Virus record (IMG/VR): IMGVR_UViG_3300032304_000721
Coordinates: 1-64,000 of that record
Origin: a virus
Length of the DNA stretch: 64,000 nucleotides
Direction: 5' to 3' (one strand)
The notes beneath the pieces are model-generated. The model was not told the origin of the DNA and did no database searches. It worked only from the letters and a program-made list of their open reading frames with translations. The translations under genes and the position numbers were made by a program. The stretch's first letter is position 1, and each line of letters opens with the position of its first letter. Below, one piece after another: positions 56,729 to 64,000 of the stretch.

Positions 56729-57742
56729 ATGAGTCTATTTAAAAAAGTAGCAGTCTGTACCGATATCCACTTTGGCCTAAAGTCCAACAGCCTACAACAC
56801 AATCAAGATTGCAGTGATTTTATTGATTGGTTTATTGCAACAGCCAAAGAGCAAGGTTGTGAAACTGGCATGTTTCTAGGTGATTGGAGCCATCAACGTG
56901 CGGCAATTAATATGCAAACGTTACAGTATAGTCTGCGTAGTTTGGAAAAATTATCAGCGGCATTTGACCGCTTTTACTTTATTCCGGGCAATCACGATTT
57001 ATACTATAGAGACAAACGCGATATCTATTCAACAGAATGGGCCAAGCACATACCCAATATTCAAATTGTTAACGATTGGTTTCAAGACGGTGATGTTGTA
57101 ATTGCGCCTTGGCTAGTTGGGGATGATCATAAACGCATACCAAAACTCAAGGGTCAGTACATGTTTGGACATTTTGAACTGCCACACTTTAAAATGAATG
57201 CCATGGTAGAAATGCCCGATCACGGCGAAATACAGGTTGCTAGCTTCAGCGGATTCGATCGAGTTTTTAGTGGTCACTTTCACCTGCGTCAACAAAAGCG
57301 CAACATCAGTTATATTGGCAACTGCTTTCCACACAACTTTGCCGATGCTGGTGATTCGGCACGTGGCATGATGATCCTAGAATGGGGCAGTACTCCGGTA
57401 TATCATGCCTGGCCAGGTCAACCCCTATATCGAGTAATGAGGCTCAGTGAAGCCATTGACAATGGCATCAACATATTTGTGCCCAACATGCATGTGCGTG
57501 TGGAACTGGATATTGACATCAGTTACGAAGAAGCCAACTTTATCAAAGAAACATTTGTCAAGGATTATCGTTTGCGAGAAATGGCATTGATTCCTGTTAA
57601 AAGTAGTGCGGTGGACGCAGATATGTCCCCAGGAGAAGTCAAGTTTGAAAGCGTGGATCAAATTGTCACAGATCAGATCACCAATATCGAAAGTGAATTC
57701 TACGATCCCAAGCTGTTGTTGAAAATTTATCAAAATCTATGA
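56729..57742 (+). CDS. gp47: Recombination nuclease subunit (T4 gp47 / Mre11 / SbcD-like)
   Basis: Metallophosphoesterase motifs TDIHFG, FLGDW, GNHD, GHFEL, SGHFH, YIGN. Confidence 0.92.
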   Translation: MSLFKKVAVCTDIHFGLKSNSLQHNQDCSDFIDWFIATAKEQGCETGMFLGDWSHQRAAINMQTLQYSLRSLEKLSAAFDRFYFIPGNHDLYYRDKRDIYSTEWAKHIPNIQIVNDWFQDGDVVIAPWLVGDDHKRIPKLKGQYMFGHFELPHFKMNAMVEMPDHGEIQVASFSGFDRVFSGHFHLRQQKRNISYIGNCFPHNFADAGDSARGMMILEWGSTPVYHAWPGQPLYRVMRLSEAIDNGINIFVPNMHVRVELDIDISYEEANFIKETFVKDYRLREMALIPVKSSAVDADMSPGEVKFESVDQIVTDQITNIESEFYDPKLLLKIYQNL

Positions 57743-58200
57743 GTTGGAGATCGTTACAAATAAAACAAAATGCTTGTACACAAGATCAAGTAGTTTTGAA
57801 TTTATTTAAAAATAAAACAGTTCGTTATGTGGGGAAAGATTTAGAGTTTGCATCCAAATTAAATGTAGATGTTGACGCAAGACATCTTGTTGCAATAATA
57901 AATTCTCCATTTTGGTTATCTGCCTGTATAGATTATGTTAAAAGTTTATTGGAAATTGGCCAATTTGAAACTTTTTATATTGGCATCAATAGATATTGGA
58001 TCCTCGGGAACGATACCAATTTAAAATTTGATCCAAGTTGTGACAGTGGAGCACACATAATAAATTTGTTGTCACAAATAGCAACAGCACAAGGATATAC
58101 TGTAAAACAATCTAGTTATTTTGACGAAGATTTAGGAAGACATATGAATTTTGTACAACCGGTGACCTGGGTATATGGAACATCAACCGTTAACATTTAA
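57739..58200 (+). CDS. Hypothetical protein (AT-rich insert)
   Basis: 153-aa ORF, ATGA overlap with gp47. Confidence 0.7.
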   Translation: MSWRSLQIKQNACTQDQVVLNLFKNKTVRYVGKDLEFASKLNVDVDARHLVAIINSPFWLSACIDYVKSLLEIGQFETFYIGINRYWILGNDTNLKFDPSCDSGAHIINLLSQIATAQGYTVKQSSYFDEDLGRHMNFVQPVTWVYGTSTVNI

Positions 58201-58774
58201 AGCAATCAATCGCAGTCCAGACTCATTTTATAGACACGTATATCCAGTTCTTAAAATGAAAAAAGACGAGTTGATCGATCTTGAAACTCTGTATAGCAAT
58301 AAAAAAATTGTTATTGTGGATAGCTGTGGGTGGGTTTATCAAACGATGTTTCCTAATTCTGACATATACAAAATCGAAGGCATAGATATGTGTAAAAATG
58401 TATCAATGACTCAAGAAAAACTTGATTGTCTATTTGATGATAGAGATTTTAAAAATCAAAAATTTCCTAATAGGCCGTTTGATGGTTCTGTTCTTATTAT
58501 TGATCACAGCCCATTGATGAAATATCGTAACGGCAAACAAATACGTAAAATTTTTAACGATTTAGCGCAGAGCATTCGACCTGAATTATTTCACATTCGC
58601 ATGCTGTTAGACACCACCGACGATTATAGATTTGATAATCGTATATTAGAACTTGTCAACATTGTTCCTGATAACTACGTCACAACAGAATTTTTGTTTT
58701 TTCTCGACGTGGGAAATCGCAAATTAGTTGCTAAATTTAAAAGATTAAAAAATTATGCACCAGATTTCAATTGA
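58175..58774 (+). CDS. Hypothetical protein (AT-rich insert)
   Basis: 199-aa ORF overlapping neighbours. Confidence 0.7.
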   Translation: MEHQPLTFKAINRSPDSFYRHVYPVLKMKKDELIDLETLYSNKKIVIVDSCGWVYQTMFPNSDIYKIEGIDMCKNVSMTQEKLDCLFDDRDFKNQKFPNRPFDGSVLIIDHSPLMKYRNGKQIRKIFNDLAQSIRPELFHIRMLLDTTDDYRFDNRILELVNIVPDNYVTTEFLFFLDVGNRKLVAKFKRLKNYAPDFN

Positions 58775-59615
58775 CTTTGTGGCCGGCAGTCACGGTAATT
58801 TTTTGGAATTTGTATGCAACAAGTTTCTCGCTAAACTCGATATAACTTTTAAGCCTTTTGATTCCTTGGGTGCTAGCCACGTTAAAACTCAAGATTATTT
58901 GGACAACAGAGTGTTTCTTGCCGATCACTATGTGTTACAAAGACATCAGTTGGCTAGACAAATTATAAGAATAACCTTTGATGAAGATGACCTGTTGCAG
59001 TTATCATCAGTGTGTTTTTTGCGTGCCGGTAATGCCAACATAGATCACAATCTCTTAGAACACAACACCTACAACAAGTTACACAATTCCTACTATAAAA
59101 ATTTAATCAAAGAGATCACACAGGCGTATCCAAGTATTGTATTGTCTATTGATTCTCCAGATTGTCCAAGATATATTTTAAGAGAGTTTTTTAAATTTGG
59201 ATTTAGAGATCATCAAACACACGGATTGTTGTTAGAATTAAATAAAATGAATTACGGTCCGGACCATCAAGTGTTTGACTTTGCCTTTGAAAAGTTTTAT
59301 AATACAGAAATGTTTGTTGACCAAATAAAAGCACTGGCAAAATGGTATGATACCAACATACAAAATGTTGATGGACTTGTTGAATTACATCAACAGTTTT
59401 TGGACAAACAAATTTTTAAAAACAGTAAAATTCAAGCAGACAGTGTGATCGGCGCTGTTCAACAAAGACAAGAAGTGCCAATCTCTAAATTGAGTTTATT
59501 ACAAGAAAGTTATATCAACGGTGTGTTAGAACGCATGTACAATATCGAAATGCCGTTTGTGCAACCAGTGTATTTTTCTAACACCACCCAAATAATAAAA
59601 CACTTAGGTCTATGA
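58755..59615 (+). CDS. Hypothetical protein, possibly P-loop/sulfotransferase-fold
   Basis: N-terminal IDFVAGSHGNFLEFV resembles a strand-loop-helix nucleotide-binding start; weak. Confidence 0.4.
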   Translation: MHQISIDFVAGSHGNFLEFVCNKFLAKLDITFKPFDSLGASHVKTQDYLDNRVFLADHYVLQRHQLARQIIRITFDEDDLLQLSSVCFLRAGNANIDHNLLEHNTYNKLHNSYYKNLIKEITQAYPSIVLSIDSPDCPRYILREFFKFGFRDHQTHGLLLELNKMNYGPDHQVFDFAFEKFYNTEMFVDQIKALAKWYDTNIQNVDGLVELHQQFLDKQIFKNSKIQADSVIGAVQQRQEVPISKLSLLQESYINGVLERMYNIEMPFVQPVYFSNTTQIIKHLGL

Positions 59616-60358
59616 TTGATACAACTGACGATCGACGGTTATTGGGAGTAGCAAACTTATATGGTAAATCTACATTTGACAAGTTTCAAAAGTCGCACGT
59701 GATAGTTGTTGGGCTAGGTGGCGTGGGATCGTGGTCTGCCGAAGCATTGGTTCGCAGTGGCATTGGAAAAATAACATTGATTGATTTTGACCATGTGTCG
59801 GTTAGCAATACCAATCGACAACTACATGCCACCCAAGGCGAATATGGTAAATCAAAAGTATCAGCTATGCGTGAACGACTGTACACTATCAATCCTGATA
59901 TTGATATTGTTTCTATAGACGATTTTGTCACGGCCGAGAATGTAAACCAACTTTTGCCCAATGGTGCATCTGTAATCGATGCCACTGATTCGGTTGCAAG
60001 TAAAATAGCAATGGCGGTACGGACGCGAGAAACCAAATCTAACTTTGTCATGTGTGGCAGTGCCGGCGGCAAAAAAGATCCTAGCAAACTTACAGCTGGT
60101 GATCTAGCAAAAGCTATACAAGATCCGTTGTTGTCAAAAGTTAGAGCCAGTCTAAGAAAAGATTTTCAATTCGAAAAGAATGTCAAGAAAAAAATTAAAA
60201 TACATACAATATATTCTCAAGAACATAGATCTCCTGCGGTTCCTGGTGGGTTATCGTGCCACGGATATGGGTCTGTTGTTACGGTCACCGCCACCATGGG
60301 ACTCTATGCAGCAGCTATCATATTAAATCAACTCAGCATACAAAATGATACAAATTAA
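59612..60358 (+). CDS. tcdA: tRNA threonylcarbamoyladenosine dehydratase (TcdA/CsdL, ThiF/E1-like)
   Basis: RR..GV..LYG, VVGLGGVGSWSAEALVRSG, LIDFDHV..SNTNRQ, IDATD, G.AGGK.DP, DPLL.KVR..LRK, LSC.GYGS.VTVTATMG. Confidence 0.88.
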   Translation: MIDTTDDRRLLGVANLYGKSTFDKFQKSHVIVVGLGGVGSWSAEALVRSGIGKITLIDFDHVSVSNTNRQLHATQGEYGKSKVSAMRERLYTINPDIDIVSIDDFVTAENVNQLLPNGASVIDATDSVASKIAMAVRTRETKSNFVMCGSAGGKKDPSKLTAGDLAKAIQDPLLSKVRASLRKDFQFEKNVKKKIKIHTIYSQEHRSPAVPGGLSCHGYGSVVTVTATMGLYAAAIILNQLSIQNDTN

Positions 60359-62108
60359 AAACCTTACTGTAAAAAACTTCATGAGTGTGGGCAATAGCAC
60401 ACAGGCCATTGATTTTAATCGACAGGATCTTACCCTGGTGTTGGGAGAGAATCTGGATCTGGGCGGTGATGGCAGCCGTAACGGCACAGGCAAGACCACA
60501 ATCATCAATGCTCTTAGCTACAGTCTATATGGACAAGCACTTAGTAATATCCGCAAGGATAATCTTGTAAACAAAACCAACAATAAAAACATGTTGGTCA
60601 GTTTAGATTTCAGTGTGGGCGGTAAAGATTACAAAATTGAGCGTGGTCGTAAACCTAACTTGCTAAGATTCTTTGTAAACAATCAAGAACAAGTGGTCAC
60701 AGACGAAGCACAAGGTGACAGCAGAGAAACACAGGATGCAATTGAGCAAACTCTAGGCCTGAGTCACGACATGTTCAAACACATACTAGCACTTAATACT
60801 TACACAGAACCTTTCCTAAGTCTTAAAGCAAACGATCAGCGTACCATTATCGAGCAGTTGTTGGGCATTACCATGCTGAGTGAGCGTGCCGACCGAATCA
60901 AAGAGCATAATAAAGCTACCAAAGAAGGCATCACACAAGAAGAATTTAGAATTCGTGCTGTTCAAGAAGCTAACAAACGTATTGAAGAACAGATTGAATC
61001 ATTAAAGCGTAGACAAACATTATGGACCACCAAACATGGCGAAGATATCACGGAACTTGAGAAAGCCCTTAAGGCGTTACAGAATATACAGATTGAAAAC
61101 GAGATTGCGGCGCACCAAGATCACAAGGCGTGGGATCAAAAAAGAAAGGATATCAATGAACTATCTGGTCAGATCTCAAGAATCAAATTGGATATTAATC
61201 GGGAAGAAAAGCTGGCGGCCAAATTATCAAAAGAAATCGAAACGCTTGAGAATCATGAATGTCATACGTGTGGGCAGGCCTTCCACGACAGTAAGCACGA
61301 ACAAGTTTTGGAAAGCAAAAAGACGGAGTTGGCTACAGCTCGACAGAGTGGCACGGAATATAGCACCCTCTTATCAGAATTGGAGACTGCCCACACAGAC
61401 TTGGGCACGCTAGGAAAACCGCCCACAATGTTTTACGATAAAGAGTCGGATGCTATACAACATCAAGCCACTTTGTCTAATTTAGAACAACAAATCTCTA
61501 CCAAACAAATAGAAACAGATCCATATGCAGAACAGATTACAGAAATGCAACAACAAGCCTTACAGGAGGTAACATATGACACACTTAATGAGCTTACTAG
61601 GTTGCAAGAACATCAAGAATTCTTGCTCAAACTACTCACCAGCAAAGACAGCTTTATCCGTAAAAAGATTATTGAACAAAATCTTAGCTATCTAAATGCT
61701 CGACTCACACACTACTTGGATCGTGTGGGCTTGCCGCACACTGTGGTATTCCAAAATGACTTGACTGTCAGCATTGAAGAGCTGGGACGTGAGTTAGACT
61801 TTGATAATTTGAGCCGCGGTGAGCGTAATCGTTTAATTCTTTCTATGAGCTGGGCATTTCGTGATGTGTTTGAAAGTTTATATCAACCTATTAACTTGTT
61901 GTTTATAGACGAGATGATTGACAATGGATTGGATACGCAAGGTGTAGAAAATGCCCTAGCTTTGCTCAAACACATGAGTCGTGAACAACACAAGAGTATT
62001 TGGCTAGTAAGTCATAGAGACGAACTTGCTGGGCGTGTAGAAAATATTCTCAAGGTCATCAAAGAAGGTGGATTTACAAGTTACAATACGGATGTAGATA
62101 TTGTTTAA
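60345..62108 (+). CDS. gp46: Recombination ATPase subunit (T4 gp46 / Rad50 / SbcC-like)
   Basis: KNFMSVG, Walker A G.N.....NGTGKT, coiled coil with CHTC zinc hook, signature LSRGE, Walker B LLFIDE, VSH. Confidence 0.93.
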   Translation: MIQIKNLTVKNFMSVGNSTQAIDFNRQDLTLVLGENLDLGGDGSRNGTGKTTIINALSYSLYGQALSNIRKDNLVNKTNNKNMLVSLDFSVGGKDYKIERGRKPNLLRFFVNNQEQVVTDEAQGDSRETQDAIEQTLGLSHDMFKHILALNTYTEPFLSLKANDQRTIIEQLLGITMLSERADRIKEHNKATKEGITQEEFRIRAVQEANKRIEEQIESLKRRQTLWTTKHGEDITELEKALKALQNIQIENEIAAHQDHKAWDQKRKDINELSGQISRIKLDINREEKLAAKLSKEIETLENHECHTCGQAFHDSKHEQVLESKKTELATARQSGTEYSTLLSELETAHTDLGTLGKPPTMFYDKESDAIQHQATLSNLEQQISTKQIETDPYAEQITEMQQQALQEVTYDTLNELTRLQEHQEFLLKLLTSKDSFIRKKIIEQNLSYLNARLTHYLDRVGLPHTVVFQNDLTVSIEELGRELDFDNLSRGERNRLILSMSWAFRDVFESLYQPINLLFIDEMIDNGLDTQGVENALALLKHMSREQHKSIWLVSHRDELAGRVENILKVIKEGGFTSYNTDVDIV

Positions 62109-63066
62109 TTATCGTATAGTACACCTCGAAATTAGTAGTAAATGTGTGCTAAAGTGTCCACGGTGCCCTCGAACAGAATTAAATTTAGATCGATTAAACC
62201 AAGAGATAACACTTGCAGATTTTAAATCTGGATTTCCTGTAGATGTATTATCTCAAATTGAATATTTTATATTTTGTGGGGATATTGGCGATCCTATATA
62301 TGCTACAGAATTTTTAGAAATTATTGAATATGTCAAACAGCATGGCCAAACTCGCATAAAAATCATAACCAATGGCAGTTATAAAAAAGCCGATTGGTGG
62401 CAAAGATTAGGACAGCTATTAGACCATAACGATCTAGTAACATTTAGTGTCGATGGGTGGGACAATGAATCCAATAATCGATATCGAGTTAATAGTGATT
62501 TTGAAAGTATCATACTAGGCATCAACACTTTACGAGCATCAAGTGAGTGCCTGATACAATGGTCAGCAATATATTTTGCATTCAACCAACATAAAATTAG
62601 CAACATGCAAGAATTTGCAAAATCGTTAGGATGTAATCAGTTTCAAACCGTTAAAAGTTCAAAATTTGATGGCAGATATATGTTAGGCAATGTTGATCCA
62701 TTGAAACCTGCTAGTCAACTGGTTGCCTCTACCCTGGTCTACGAAACCAATATAGAGATATTAAATTCTAGTAAATACATATCTATTGTTCCAGCAACAC
62801 CTGTTTACCCACACCAATGGGCCAAGTGTTTAAATTATAAAAAAGAGTTGTTTATTGGAGTTGATGGGGTCGTAGCACCTTGTCCTTGGTTTAACAACAG
62901 TTATCAAGACAATAGTTTTATAAAAACATATCGCAATTGTTTGTCAATTAAAAATCGATCATTCTTTGAAATACTTAATGATGTTGAGTTGTGGAATCAA
63001 CTAGTAACAAGTTTTGATACTGATCCTTTAGAAATTTGTCAACTAAAATGTAAAAATGCCCAATAG
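62101..63066 (+). CDS. Radical SAM protein with C-terminal SPASM/twitch-like cysteines
   Basis: HLEISSKCVLKCPRC; FCGDIGDP; ITNGS; FSVDG; C-terminal KC...DG.V.PC.W...ICQLKC. Confidence 0.9.
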   Translation: MFNYRIVHLEISSKCVLKCPRCPRTELNLDRLNQEITLADFKSGFPVDVLSQIEYFIFCGDIGDPIYATEFLEIIEYVKQHGQTRIKIITNGSYKKADWWQRLGQLLDHNDLVTFSVDGWDNESNNRYRVNSDFESIILGINTLRASSECLIQWSAIYFAFNQHKISNMQEFAKSLGCNQFQTVKSSKFDGRYMLGNVDPLKPASQLVASTLVYETNIEILNSSKYISIVPATPVYPHQWAKCLNYKKELFIGVDGVVAPCPWFNNSYQDNSFIKTYRNCLSIKNRSFFEILNDVELWNQLVTSFDTDPLEICQLKCKNAQ

Positions 63067-64000
63067 TAAAATATTTTGTAATATTCCTTGGTTTGAAATA
63101 AACATTAATCATGATGGTAGTTATGATTTATGTGGCTGTCAGAATGATAAAATTGTTGGTACCAAGCAAGGACAAATTTATAATATTAAAAAAATTCCAA
63201 TAAAAGAATATTGGAACGGCCCTCGACTACAAGAAGCACGGTTAAGAAAATTAGGCGACACACCAGATTCTATGTGCAAGATGTGTCAACAAAAAGAATC
63301 TATTGGGTATGAAAGTAATAGAATAAAAGAAAATCTTAAATCTGTAATTTTTAAAGAATCGTTTGATCGTAGTTTTCAACAAAGTCCAAATTATCAACAT
63401 TTTGAATATAGCAAAAACAACAACGGTCTTACTAATTCTCATATACACAGCTTACACGTAAATCTTGGCAATACGTGTAACTTTGCTTGCCGCATGTGTA
63501 GTCCGTTTGCTAGTACCCGACTACAAACTGAATTTTTGCAATTAGGATGGATGCAACTCGAAGACAAGTTTACGCATTGGGCCGAGACTGATGCAGGGTG
63601 GACTAATTTTTTAAATTTCTTAGAACACCAAGCTCAAAACATTAAAGTTATACATATCATTGGCGGCGAAGTTGAGTTCATGCCCAAATTTGAATTTCTA
63701 ATAGATTACTTTATTCAGCGTGGTCTGGCAGCCACTGTTAACATTAGTTTCACTTCTAATGGCAGTGTAAACTACTCAAAATATTTTGAAAAATTAAGTC
63801 AATATAAAAAATGCGAAATTGGAATTAGTATTGAAAGTGTTGATCCCATCGGCGACTATATTAGACAAGGTGGCGATATCAAAAGTATATTAAAAAATAT
63901 ACAAACTATGAACCAGAATAAGCACAACAACATGCAGTTAATCATTAGAACTGTTCCTAGTTTATTAAGTCTACCATCTTATGTCAATTTAATAAAATGG
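63056..64000 (+). CDS. Radical SAM protein with N-terminal SPASM/twitch-like domain, 3'-truncated by window edge (not in ORF track)
   Basis: MPNSKIFCNIPWFE...LCGC...CKMC...NLGNTCNFACRMCS...IIGGE...FTSNGS...ISIES...DYIR, open to window end. Confidence 0.88.
   Translation, partial: MPNSKIFCNIPWFEININHDGSYDLCGCQNDKIVGTKQGQIYNIKKIPIKEYWNGPRLQEARLRKLGDTPDSMCKMCQQKESIGYESNRIKENLKSVIFKESFDRSFQQSPNYQHFEYSKNNNGLTNSHIHSLHVNLGNTCNFACRMCSPFASTRLQTEFLQLGWMQLEDKFTHWAETDAGWTNFLNFLEHQAQNIKVIHIIGGEVEFMPKFEFLIDYFIQRGLAATVNISFTSNGSVNYSKYFEKLSQYKKCEIGISIESVDPIGDYIRQGGDIKSILKNIQTMNQNKHNNMQLIIRTVPSLLSLPSYVNLIKW

Noticed and set aside
982-63448. Numerous 60-160 aa antisense or alternate-frame ORFs in the track (e.g. 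982-1221, 13036-13338, 15454-15909, 30999-31475, 59686-60087, 63251-63448)
   Set aside because: They lie within or opposite well-supported genes and show no motifs or start signals; they are shadow ORFs
1-64000. Alternative genetic code, tRNA genes, introns/inteins or homing endonucleases
   Set aside because: Long ORFs are intact in the standard code, intergenic gaps are mostly too short for tRNAs and no cloverleaf was seen; no intein, LAGLIDADG, HNH or GIY-YIG motifs noticed

Overview
This window is part of a large T4-like (myovirus/jumbo-type) dsDNA phage genome using the standard genetic code. I saw no tRNA, rRNA, CRISPR array or IS element. Layout: (1) 1-4974 (+): small hypothetical genes, a HExxH-metallopeptidase/VWA protein and ThyX. 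(2) ~4971-26206: a ~21 kb enzyme cluster with an NDP-sugar epimerase/dehydratase, a DegT-type aminotransferase, about 7 glycosyltransferase-like proteins, an amidinotransferase, a 2OG-Fe(II) oxygenase, a NodU/CmcH carbamoyltransferase with an unannotated 33-aa partner ORF, and five radical SAM enzymes. (3) 26279-55654 (-): tail fibre/baseplate module including a 4940-aa giant protein and gp6-, gp25-, gp5/VgrG-, gp53- and tube-initiator-like genes, preceded by TAAATA late-promoter motifs. (4) 55768-64000 (+): gp55-like late sigma factor, gp47/gp46 (Mre11/Rad50-like) split by four inserted genes including TcdA, and two more radical SAM genes. The main candidate for a novel system is the radical-SAM-rich glycan/secondary-metabolite-like pathway next to the Thr/Ser-rich tail fibre genes. 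Secondary signals are an apparently inverted 3-gene block, promoters positioned to give leaderless mRNAs, and a phage tRNA-modification (ct6A) enzyme. All product calls come from motif recognition by eye; no database searches were run.
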